Made by a program: the position numbers and the translations under genes. From Chiloscyllium plagiosum (taxonomy: Eukaryota), in NCBI RefSeq assembly GCF_004010195.1, contig NC_057728.1:40710425-40730424 (forward strand): a stretch of 20,000 nucleotides of DNA. The letters run 5' to 3'. This document shows positions 9,806-19,861 of this stretch, one piece after another. The notes beneath the pieces were generated by a model. The model did no database searches. It was given only the letters and a program-made list of their open reading frames with translations, and was not told the DNA's origin. Position 1 is the first letter of the stretch; every line of letters begins with the position of its first letter.

Positions 9806-10759
9806 TGGCAAAAAAAAATGTGCCAGCAGTATTCACTGGAATACTTATTGTATAGTTTCATCGCACTGCCACAATATCTATCTTTGCCCATGTGTTTGAA
9901 CTGCATGTCTACATTTCAAATGAAAGCCTGAGGCCAAGCAAATTGAAAGAACATTTGGATATCTCACATCCAAATAAGATAGATAAACTCATAGATTTCT
10001 TCAAAAACCTTTGAGGTAATTTCAAGAGAAGGTCAACATTAAAACAAATGCTTTCTCAAACATCACAGAAATTAGAGAAGGGTCTGTTTGCATCATACAA
10101 CATTAGTGAACTGATTGCTAAAACTGGAAATGCTCACAATATTGGTGAGTCGCTTATCCTGCCTTCAGTGTCCATAATAATATCTGATACCATGAATTTG
10201 AGTGCCAAAGAAGCAATTCAGGCAATTCCTTTGAGTAATTCTACTGTTGCCAGAAGAATTGATGAGATGGCACGGGATATTGAAGAGGGATTGGTCAGTT
10301 CATTACAATCCAAGAAATTCTCTCTACAGTTAGATGAAACTACTTTACAAGGTAACAACACTCTTCTCATGGTATATGTGAGATTCTGGAAACAGAAACA
10401 AACTAATGGAAGAGATGTTGTTTGCCAGGCAGACTAAAACAGATACTAAGAGACTGTCTATTTTTGAAGAATTCAGAAGTTACTTAAGCAAGAACAATTT
10501 TCCAATGGCAAATATAATTGCTTGTGCAACTGATGGTGCCACCTCTATGGTTGGTTGATACAGAGGATTCATCGCCCACCTAAAAGGAGTTATAACTTCT
10601 GTCTTTATTATTCATTCTGTCATTCACCTAGTTTCCTTGACAAAATCCAGAATTACTATTGCAACAAGAGGTGATCTCCAACTGTCATGGCTTAATTTGG
10701 AGCCCGATATCATGAAACTTGCAGTAAAGCACCAAGCTCAAGGATCGCATCAGGCCTGA
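9806..10759 (+). pseudogene. Decayed hAT Buster/Charlie-type transposase (ZBED8/SCAND3/FAM200-like), internally deleted
   Basis: BED-finger remnants QYSLEYL...PMCLNC...NESLRPSKLKEHLDISHP, then IPLSNSTVARRIDEM, FSLQLDETT, ACATDGATSMVG and IHSVIH, joined directly to the C-terminal RGDL...EPDIMKLAVKHQAQGSH. Stops and frameshifts are present. Confidence 0.9.
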
Positions 10760-10974
10760 TAGATGTTTAATTTCATACAGTTTTTTTTTTAAGTTTTCTC
10801 CAATATGTCAGAATGTACAAGTTTTCTTGGTGTTTAATAACAAATGATTTTCTGTCTACCTGTTCGTGTTGTATGCCTATTTGAAAGGGGGGCCCTGGAA
10901 CCTGAGAAGACCTCCTGGGAGGCGGGGGGTGGGTGGGTGCAGGATCATAGCCAAAACACAATTGAGAATCACTT
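10760..10974 (+). mobile_element. 3' end of the hAT element with TIR-like terminus
   Basis: G-rich subterminal tract (GAAAGGGGGGCCCTGG), then TTGAGAATCACT (10962-10973), which resembles the Charlie-type right TIR TTGAGAACCACTG. Confidence 0.55.
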
Positions 10975-13109
10975 ACATAGAAGTATAAAGCGGCTATCAA
11001 CTTTGCAGCTACTGGCAGAGGGTGGCCTCCTGCTCCTACTCTCTTTAGGTCACTCTCTACAATCCAGGACAGTTCCATCAAAGTGTCCTAGGTTGAATAA
11101 CTGTGCACTGTTTTTTGCCACATCGGCACTTACCACATGCTGTAGGTGTGAGATTGATGTCTTATAGTGCTATACAACAATGTCTCTTCCCCTACTGACA
11201 AGCATGACAAGTAGCACATCTGTGTGTCGATACAGAAGTGCATGTTAAGACGGCAGTACTGATAACCTTTTGGCTTTGGCTGAAGCATCAATATGTTAAC
11301 TGGAAAGGCAAGGTAAGGCACGACGTAGTTCCAGCAAGCACTGATACATGTGCTAAATGAATGCGCACCATGAGCCTGGTCCAGATCGAAAGATGGCTGC
11401 TTGCCCTGTGTGCAAAATATCCTTGCAGCAGCTTTTCAATGCTGGTTGCCAGTGCTCTCTGCAATGTAAGTCTCAACTTCCTAAGTGTCCTGGATCGGTA
11501 AAGAAGTGCCGTGATGATCCTGAGGAACTGGCAATTATTGGATGCCAGTGTTGATGGACGCATGCGACTGGTGCACACGGAGCGTGCCCTGAGATGCTGT
11601 TAGGTAGTAACCAACAATGGGGCAGTTTGCATACAGTGGCAAGCTGAAGTCACCAGCTACATGCACTGACTTCCACATCGAGAATTCTCAGTGTCTAGTT
11701 TGCTCAGGTGGTACACTCAGAACTTGCATTTTAACAAGGAGAGCTGTGCAGTTAATAAAGTAATTAACAAGCAATAATCCCCCTTAACAGTAACTGGTGC
11801 TCAGAATTCGGTTAAAAGATACAGTAAATTGTTCTCGATAAACGTCACTGGATTTCTCATACAATTCTGCCACATTTCTCGGTGGAGCTCATATCATTCA
11901 GACTCCTATTTTTCCACCCTATGTTTTTATGAAATGTTGATCTCTATGGTGAGCAGACTGCTGTGCAAAATTGTTATGCCTACAACAGAATGAAACCAAC
12001 TTAGACTTTACAGCAAGTTTCTAAGTAACATTTACCACACTTGAAACTGATCAGTTTCGATTGCTTGCAAACTTTTACATTTGAAACATTCTTAATGAAT
12101 TAAAGGACCAAACTTAGTAACCATGAAAGTTAATTGAGAAAGTTAACTTGCTATTCCACACTTAGGTTGTCAATTTTTGCACTGTTAGCAACCAGATCTT
12201 TTATTGGTATCAGTATTCTACTTTCTGAGAAAATTTATGAGGGATTTAAAATATTTCAATTATTAAAGTTGCCTGTAAAAATAATTACAGCTGGTCATGA
12301 AGTTATAAATTTGTCTTTTAATTGAAGCTATTCCACAGGCTAAAGTAATGCAATCAACTTCATGTACCATAACCCGGTATTAGCCATCCAGAACATTACC
12401 TGTCATTTAAATTTAAATAAAGTTTAAAATTCATTAAAAATTCATCAGCATGCAGTTTCTCAGAGTTGGCTCTCTCATTTCAATGCAACTCAGTGTGGGA
12501 TTTTTGTGAACCTGATTTTCACTACAGATTAATAAGTCGATACCCGAATAGTGCCCAAATAAATAAAACTAAAGGACAGCGCTGACAAATGTCCAAAGTA
12601 GTTTATTTAGGATTTGGATTTTGCTTTTTCAAAAAAAAATCAGATATATTTTCATATCCTGGGCCGGTAACTTGACAAGTTGAATCAAATGTCATATAAA
12701 AATTAGCGTGAATTTAATTTTATTGACGCTAATTAGGTTCTATAAAGAACAGGCAAACTACCCCATCAGATTATTTTCCAGACATTGAAACATAATGAAG
12801 TTTAAATTATCTCTAGGATTCTTAAGATCTCTCATATAGGCTACTGCGATAATAATAAACCTTTAGATTCAATCATGTGTTAATGTTACCTCTAATGCCA
12901 AATCTAGAAGTAATCTCCGACTCCAGACTCATTGAGCAGGGCTCCTTTTACTTCCACGTTAGGCACTTCTCCAATCTCTTCAATGTGGTACATGAAGTTT
13001 AATGCAGAGAAATGTGAATTATGCATTTTGACAGGAAGGCAAAGGTAAAAAGAATATAATTTCAAAAGGAGTTTGACTCTTGTGCCTTGGTGACAGAGTC
13101 CATACATGC

Positions 13110-13172
13110 AGGCTTATATTCAGGTCCCACTGCTCCGGGTGTGTCATAATGTGTCAACATTTTGAGTAAAAA
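13110..13172 (+). mobile_element. Fragment of the short tRNA-derived SINE
   Basis: TTCAGGTCCCACTGCTCCGGGTGTGTCATAATG matches the minus strand of 6247-6285. Confidence 0.45.
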
Positions 13173-13279
13173 TAACTACAATGTGAAAGGAGGAATGGGC
13201 AATCTTGGGGGGTGTGTTTCCATGTGCAAAAATAATTCACAGGGCCGGTTGAGAAGTCTTTAAAATGGACAATGCACAA

Positions 13280-13915
13280 GAAAGAAGGATGGATCATTCA
13301 GTCCTTCAAATCTTTTCCGTCAATAAGATCATGACTCACCTGATTTTTAACTTTAATTGTAAGTTTCTTCATACTTCCAATTTTGTTTTTATTTCTTTGA
13401 TAACCAAGGGTCTTTCTATTCCTGCCTCAAAAATATATAAAGCTGCTGCATCCACTGCCTTTAGAAGAATTCCAAAGACTCTCAGCCTTCGAAGAGAACT
13501 TTATTTTTTTTTCCGTATCTCTGTCTTAAATGAGCTACCTGTTAGGTTTAAAGTATGATCCCTAGTTGTAGATTCTCCCACAAGGGAAAACATGCTTTGT
13601 ACATCAACCTGTTCAATTCTCCTCAGGATCTCATATGCTTCAATTTAGTCACCTCTGACGCTTCTAAACTCTAAAGGACATATGCCTACCCAGTCTAGCC
13701 TTTCCTCAGAAGCTATTAGTCTATTAATACCTCAGCAATTAGTCTAGTAAATCTTCTCTGAATTGTTTCTAATGCATTACCATCCTTCTGTAAGTACAGT
13801 GAACAGCACTATACTCCAAATGCCCTCTCACCAATGTCTTACATTATTGAATCATAATACTGGCGCATTCATTTCCCTCCACAATAAAACATATTGTTCT
13901 ATTAGCTTTCCTGAT
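13280..13915 (-). mobile_element. Old, diverged CR1 LINE 3' fragment (different subfamily)
   Basis: The minus strand gives decayed ORF2 C-terminal motifs (AGAGGTGACTAAATTGAAGCATATGAGATCCTGAGGAG, like RGD.IE.Y.IL; GAATCTACAACTAGGGATCAT; CTTTGGAATTCTTCT), then a UTR ending GAAGGACTGAATGATCC. Confidence 0.75.
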
Positions 13916-15224
13916 GCAGCACACTTGATTCTCCACAGAGGGTTGTCATGATGTTATCAAAATATAGATGATACATTTTCGAATTGCATCACATCTGATT
14001 TAATACCCTTGATTTTCATGCACTGAAATAGTCTTAAAAAGCACCAAAAACACGGATTCAAAATGGGCACAGGTTGGCCATGTTTCATGAAACCATGTGA
14101 CTTGTTTAAGAAACAACCCAAGCTGAGACTAATATTTCCTTTAGGTGCAGTAAAGCCAGCCACCAAAGCTTGTGAGAAACTTCTTGCCTCTGATTTTGAT
14201 TTATGAGAATGTTGACGAGCTGTGGATAATCATAACTTCCACAGCTATGGGATATCTTGCATTTTTTCAGAAAGAAAAGATGAAATTATTGATGCAGCAC
14301 TGCATTCTGTCTGAAGACTCTTTCACTCTCTCTCTCTCTCTCTGTCTCTTAAGGAGAGAAAGCACCCAGTGACAATACTGATTGGAAAGAAACGTCAGGA
14401 TACTGGAAACTGAACGAAGAACTGTAATATCCATGACTGCTGATCTTTTTTCATTTCAAATCTATACGTTATTCATAGAAAATATTATTGCATATATGCA
14501 TAGTCACAAATGCAGTTCAGTTTTATACAGTGCAAATCAAGGAAAACAAACAAACATTGGAGTTTGAATCTATCCAAATAAACCAAAGACACCTCTTACT
14601 TGTACAAGATTATATTTATATGTATTTGAGGCACCAGGGGATCCAATAACTGAATGGACCCGCATTTAACTTCAGCAGAAAGGTCTTTCTCCATTATGCC
14701 TTGTCAGCAGCTGCCCCAAGCTTTATTGCATCCCTGAGTACGTAGTCCCTGAACCAAGACACCAACTAACCAATTGTTGTCTAAGGTTAAAATCTTATGC
14801 CTCACAAGCACTTATATTCCTTTACCTGTCTTTACACTGGGTTTTGCCTATACTCAGCTTTGTACCAGTGTGTGTGTCAGAGTGTCCACATTGTTTCACA
14901 AAATCAGAGAGCTTGACACATATATCTTTATTATTTTTAAGAGGGGTTAGCAAATGATAAAATTATAATTTCTTTAACTCGGGAAAGTCTTACAATTGAT
15001 TCTTCATTGTTTCTGGTAAAAACAGTTCACTATATTTTAACTGGATTAAGGTACAGCAGTTGAAAAGAACTTAAACATTTTGTGTGACTGACTGGGGAAG
15101 GTTGAAAACATGAGAAGTGATTCACCTCTCCTCAACTGGTCATAATGGATACTGAAGGCCAAAATATTATAGGACAGTGATTCAGCTTTAACTGGAGTAT
15201 TATGTCCAGATCTAGGCACCATGT

Positions 15225-15495
15225 CAGTCCAATGTGGCACTTAAAGTGTCATCTGCCAGAGAAGACTTTAAACTAAGAGTACATCTGCACTGTCAGATGG
15301 ATGTAGAAGATCCCTGGGGTGACTTTGAAGAGCAGAGGAGTTCTCCTTGCCATCCAACAGCCAAATTATTTGATCATAATTACAATGTTTCTTGCTATAC
15401 TGAATGCAAATTGTCTACATATTTCCTACTTTACAGTAATGACTACACTTCAAACGCATTTAACTGGTTGTAAAGTGCTTTAGAACTTTTGTAAA
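15225..15495 (+). mobile_element. Old Deu-domain SINE fragment
   Basis: TTAAACTAAGAG...CAGATGGATGTAGAAGATCCCTGG...TTTGAAGAGCAGAGGAGTTCTCC, and a 3' end GACTACACTTCAAA...TTGTAAAGTGCTTT. Confidence 0.65.
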
Positions 15496-15624
15496 TTCTC
15501 CTTTTGTTTTTCAGCAGTGATGCAGCATTGGGATCTAGTAGCTATGGGAAAGGAGGTTGCTATCTTGCTGTCCTGGGAAATGGGCTTCATGCTTCAGAAT
15601 TGTTGTGAGAAGGTTTGAAAATAA

Positions 15625-15870
15625 ACCATTCACCAGACTTGCATCTGTGATGGAAGGATTGTTCTGTGAAGAGAGATTAGGCAAACCAGGCCTGTATTCT
15701 CTACAGTTGCAAAGAATGAGAGGTGGTCTCATTGAAGCCTACGCCATATTTAAAGCAATAGACAAGGTAAATGCAGGTAAAATATTTCACCTGGTTTGGT
15801 GAGTCTAAAACCAAGGTGTATGACATTTAAATAAGGGGGATGTCACTTAGGTCTAAAGTGAACAGAATTA
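15625..15870 (+). mobile_element. Old CR1 ORF2 C-terminal fragment
   Basis: ORF 15557-15802 contains FTRLASVMEGLFCEERLGKPGLYSLQLQRMRGGLIEAYAIFK. A probable upstream piece (CTGGAGTATTATGTCCAGATCTAGGCACC) lies at about 15192-15220. Confidence 0.8.
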
Positions 15871-15954
15871 GGGGAAAGGCATTTAAAATACACTAAAGAC
15901 AATTCAGAATCAATTGAGCAATGCTATTACACAATATATCATTTACACATTTTT

Positions 15955-16043
15955 GAACAGATTCAAAATTTCTTCACGGAAGTTGGTAGAATTTAAAATT
16001 CAGCTAACAAACCTGAAATTGAAGACTAGTTTTCTTAATCATG
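15955..16043 (+). mobile_element. 5' part of an old LF-SINE-like shark SINE, split by the long CR1
   Basis: TTCAAA...GTTGGTAGAATTTAAAATTCAGCTAACAAACCTGAAATTGAAGACTAGT resembles my recalled consensus for a chondrichthyan SINE whose downstream part appears at 18507-18626. Confidence 0.45.
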
Positions 16044-17050
16044 AGGAGGGGGTGTGGCATTTTTGACAGGGATGGCATTACAGCTGTGCTGAGGGAAGAT
16101 ATTCCCGGAAATACATCCAGGTAAGTTATTTGGGTGGAACTGAGAAATAAGAAAGGGATGATCACCTTATTGGGATTGTATTATAGACCCCCTAATAGTC
16201 AGGGAGAAATTGAGAAACAAACTTGTAAGGAGATCTCAGCTATCTGTAAGAATAACAGAGTGGTTATGATAGGGGATTTTAACTTTCCAAACATAGACTG
16301 GGACTGCCACAGTGTTAAGGGTTTAGATGGAGAGGAATTTCTTAAGTGTTACAAGACAATTTTCTGATTCAGTATGTGGATGTACCTACTAGAGAAGGTG
16401 CAAAACTTAACCTACTCTTGGGAAATAAGGCAGGTCAGGTGACTGAGGTGTCAGTGGGGGAGCACTTTGGGGCCAGTGACCATAATTCTATTAGTTTTAA
16501 AATAGTGATGGAAAAGGATAGACCAGATCTAAAAGTTGAAGTTCTAAATTGGAGAAAGGCCAATTTTGACGGTATTAGGCAAGAACTTGCGAAAGCTGTT
16601 CGCAGGTAAAAGGATGGCTGGAAAATGGGACGCCTTCAGAAATGAGATAACGAGAATCCAGAAAAAGTATATTCCTGTCAGGGTGAAAGAAAAGGCTGAG
16701 AGATATAGAGAATGCTGGATGACTAAAGAAATTGAGGGTTTGGTGAAGGTAAAGAAGGAAGCATATGTCAGGTATCGACAGGAAGTAGGAGTTTACTTAA
16801 GAGGGAAATCAGGAGGGCAAAAAGGGGACATGAGATAGCTTTGGCAAATAGAATTAAGGAGAATCCAAAGGGTTTTTACAAATACATTAAAGACAAAGGT
16901 GTAACGAGGGAGAGAATAGGGCCCCTCAAAGATCAACAAGGTGGCCATTGTGTGGAGCTGCAGAAAATGGGGGAGATACTAAATGAGTATTTTGCATCAG
17001 TATTTACTGTGGAAAAGGATATGGAAGATATAGACTGTAGGGAAATTGAT

Positions 17051-17134
17051 TTTGCTTATGCCTGAAACGTCGATTCTCCTGCTCCTTGGATGCTGCCTGA
17101 CCTGCAGCGTTTTTCTAGCAACACATTTTTCAGC
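17051..17134 (+). mobile_element. Short Penelope pLTR fragment (hammerhead 3' half) inside CR1
   Basis: GCTTATGCCTGAAACGTCGATTCTCCTGCTCCTTGGATGCTGCCTGACCTGC...CAACACATTTTTCAGC, homologous to 17652-17731. No TSD is visible. Confidence 0.85.
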
Positions 17135-17513
17135 ATCTTGCAAAATGTCCATATTACAGAGGAGGAAGTGCTGGATGTCTTGAAACGGGTAAAGGTGGAT
17201 AAATCCCCAGAACCTGATCAGGTGTACCCGTGAACTCTGTGGGAAGCTAGAGAAGTGATTGCTGGTCCTCTTGCTGAGATATTTGTATCATCGATAGTCA
17301 CAGGTGAGGTGCCGGAAGACTGGAGGTTGGCAAACATGGTGCCACTGTTTAAGAAGAGTGGTAAGGACAAGCCAGGGAACTAAAGACCGGTGAGCCTGAC
17401 CTCAGTGGTGGGCAAGTTGTTGGAGGGAATCCTGAGGGACAGGATGTACATGTATTTGGAAAGGAAAGGACCGATTCGGGATAGTCAACATGGCTTTGTG
17501 CATGGGAAATCAT

Positions 17514-17731
17514 TGAGGAGAAAGTGAGGTCTGCAGATGCTGGAGATCAGAGCTGGAAATGTGTTGCTGGAAAAGCGCAGCAGGTCAGGCAGCATCCAGG
17601 GAACAGGAGAATCAACGTTTCGGGCATAAGCCCTTCAGGAAGCCCTGAAGGGCTTATGCCCGAAACGTCGATTCTCCTGTTCCCTGGATGCTGCCTGACC
17701 TGCTGCGCTTTTCCAGCAACACATTTCCAGC
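17514..17731 (-). mobile_element. Miniature palindromic Penelope pLTR insertion inside the CR1 RT region
   Basis: 88-bp arms (17552-17639 and 17644-17731) with one mismatch, a 4-nt loop AAGC and a 38-nt unpaired tail (17514-17551). Perfect 14-bp TSD GCATGGGAAATCAT (17500-17513, 17730-17743). Confidence 0.9.
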
Positions 17732-18052
17732 ATGGGAAATCATGTCTCACAAACTTGATTGAGTTTTTTGAAGAAGTAACAAACAGGATTAATGAGGGCA
17801 GAGCAGTATATGTGATTTTTATGGACTTCAGTAAGGCTTTCGACAAGGTTCCCCATGGGAGACTGATTCGCAAGGTTAGGTCTTATGGAATACAGGGAGA
17901 ACTAGCCATTTGTATACAGAATGGGCTCAAAAGTAGAAGATAGAGGGTGGTGGTGGAGGGTTGTTTTTCAGACTGGAGGCCTGTCACCAGTGGAGTGCCA
18001 CAAGGATGGGTGCTGGGCCCTCTACTTTTTGTCATTTACATAAATGATTTGG

Positions 18053-18156
18053 AGTTGAAACTTTATTGCTGGAACAGCACAGCAGGTCAGGCAGCATCCA
18101 GGGAACAGGAGATTCGACGTTTCGGGCACAGGCCCTTCTTCGGGCCTGTGCCCGTA
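18053..18156 (-). mobile_element. Penelope pLTR fragment with short fold-back, located at a CR1 deletion junction
   Basis: Minus strand GAAGAAGGGCCTGTGCCCGAAACGTCGAATCTCCTGTTCCCTGGATGCTGCCTGACC. Hairpin CGGGCACAGGCCC-TTCTTC-GGGCCTGTGCCCG at 18123-18154. Confidence 0.85.
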
Positions 18157-18506
18157 AACTTTATAGAGGTTTACAAAATTATGAGGGGCACGGAAAGGGT
18201 AAATAGGCAAAGCCTTTTCCCTGGGGTCGGGGAGTCCAGAACTAGAGGGCATAGGTTTAGGGTGAGGGGAAAGATATAAAAGAGACCTCAGGGGCAACCT
18301 TTTCACGCAGAGGGTGGTACATGTATGGAATGAGCTGCTAGAGGAAGTGGTGGAGGCTAGTACAATTGCAACATTTAAGAGGCATTTGGATGGGTATATG
18401 AATAGGAAGGGTTTGGAGGGATATGGGTTGGGTGCTGGCAGGTGGGACTAGATTGGGTTGGGATATCTGGTCGGCATGGACGGGTTGGATCGAAGGGTCT
18501 GTTTCC

Positions 18507-18626
18507 ATGCTATCCTTACCCCATTTGGCCTAAATGTGACTCCAGAGCCACAGCAATATGGTTGTTTCTGAAGCAGCCTCTGAAATGTTCTGAGAAATCC
18601 ACTCAGTGCAGTGGCAATTATGGATG
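18507..18626 (+). mobile_element. 3' part of the old LF-SINE-like shark SINE
   Basis: TCCTTACCCCATTTGGCCTAAATGTGACTCCAGAGCCACAGCAATATGGTTG...CCTCTGAAATG...CCACTCAG...GGCAATTATGGATG, matching a recalled chondrichthyan SINE body and tail. Confidence 0.6.
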
Positions 18627-19490
18627 TTGTTACAAGCAGTTGAGGGGAGGTGATTCAGCTCCCCGTCAGTTGGCCAAGCAAAGCTGTAATGATTGTTTTA
18701 AGTGCACTGCTACTCCATTCTTCAATTTAAATGTAGTTAACTAATTCACCAGAAACATTGAGGAGCCAATTAAAAGGTTTTCTTCAGTGAAAGAAAGACA
18801 AACTTTATCACTTACTAACCCAAAGTAAAATACGAGACATATCAGTTTAAAAGTTAAAGTTATGAAGGGATGTTTAGTGGCATCCTGAATCAGCACCAGC
18901 TGTAAATATTGCAGATCCTTTCGAATTCTTGGTGTTTGGATGCTTCTCCAGTTTATATTGTTTTGTCAATCCTGAATCAGAGTGGAGAGAGAAAATTCAA
19001 CTGTTACAAATCCAGCTTCTCTGTTCTGCCAAGGCGGTTACTTGAAATATAGCTCATTTATGTATTCCTGTGTCTAGGGTCATTGTTTCCAAGCTGAATA
19101 ATTGTAGGTAAGTCTTTCATATCCAATATGTGGAACATATATAGATGGAAATTAAAATCAGAATATGCCAATTTCTTCACATTCTACTTGTTTCAGTCTA
19201 TTTCATAAAAGTATTCATTTTAGTTCAGATGATTTTGTTTACTCCTCATTGGTTTTCTAGGCATTGGCTCGACCTGTAGTCAGGTGATTACTGTGGCCAT
19301 TTTAAAGTCAGCATCTTTTAATTAAAAGCCCATGGAAGTCCTGGGTAATGAAAACCAATGACAGAAGTTGAAAGTTCATGGTCCATATTTTATTACTATT
19401 GTGGCAAAGAGCAACAAATAATATCTTTTCCAGCATTGTCCAAATTCCTTGAAAGAATAAAGAAAGAAAAGCTGATCACAGATATGTTTT

Positions 19491-19610
19491 GGAGATGCCA
19501 GTGTTGGACTGTGGTGTAAAAGTTAAAAATTGTGCGATTTTTTTGGAACTTTTCGAAGCACTAGCTTTCTGAGCGCTGCTCCTTAATCAGGTGGTTGTCC
19601 TTTTTAACTT
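19491..19610 (-). mobile_element. Penelope pLTR fragment (same family as 1936-3238) with mutated hammerhead
   Basis: Minus strand ACAACCACCTGATTAAGGAGCAGCGCTCAGAAAGCTAGTGCTTC versus 3148-3191. It carries a tail (TACACCACAGTCCAACACTGGCATCTCC) and a short inverted end TTTTTAACTT at 19601-19610. Confidence 0.8.
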
Positions 19611-19647
19611 CGATCACTAATAGTTTGCATTCCCAGCTAACTAAGAA

Positions 19648-19860
19648 TGTCTTAGCTCCAGGTTTTATTACAGACTTAGTCCAAACATGCATTAAAGAAC
19701 TAAATTCCATGGATAAGTCTAAATGGTTGCCTTTGACATCAAGGCAGCATTCAACTAAATGTAGTGGCATGAAACTCTATAAAATTGAAGTTAATGGGAA
19801 TCAAAGGAAACCACTCCATTGGCTATAGTCATACCTTGCACAAAAGGGTTCTTGTATTAC
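19648..19860 (+). mobile_element. Old CR1/L2-clade RT fragment (different family)
   Basis: Decayed RT segment APGFITDLVQT...TTTGACATCAAGGCAGCATTC (FDIKAAF)...TGGCAT...KLMGIKGKPLHWL.SYLAQ. Confidence 0.7.
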
Positions 19861-19861
19861 A

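Larger units (their letters stand above)
16044..18510 (+). mobile_element. 5'-truncated CR1 (HER1-like) LINE with disrupted ORF2 (APE endonuclease plus RT)
   Basis: APE motifs GGGVA, GLYYRPP, GDFNFP and SDH. RT motifs GKSCLTNLIEFFEEVT, DFSKAFDKVPH and [21 protein letters not shown]-terminus IEVYKIMRG...RTRGH and 3' UTR. It has many frameshifts and three Penelope inserts, and lacks the FADD region and the tail. Confidence 0.95.

Noticed and set aside
12356..12999. 14-bp perfect inverted repeat AACTTCATGTACCA (12356-12369 / 12986-12999)
   Set aside because: A match of this length can occur by chance in 20 kb, and there is no TSD or extension.
15514..15610. Strong acceptor-like TTTTGTTTTTCAG followed by short open frames
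   Set aside because: No recognisable protein and no convincing donor site.
17644..17675. Active hammerhead in the palindrome arms or at 18115-18143
   Set aside because: The cores read CTGAAGG and CCGAAGA rather than CTGANGA, and stem I is lost, so they are probably inactive relics.
17524..17943. ORFs with identical peptides on both strands ([19 protein letters not shown])
   Set aside because: An artefact of the DNA palindrome. Only the part after 17731 is genuine CR1 RT.
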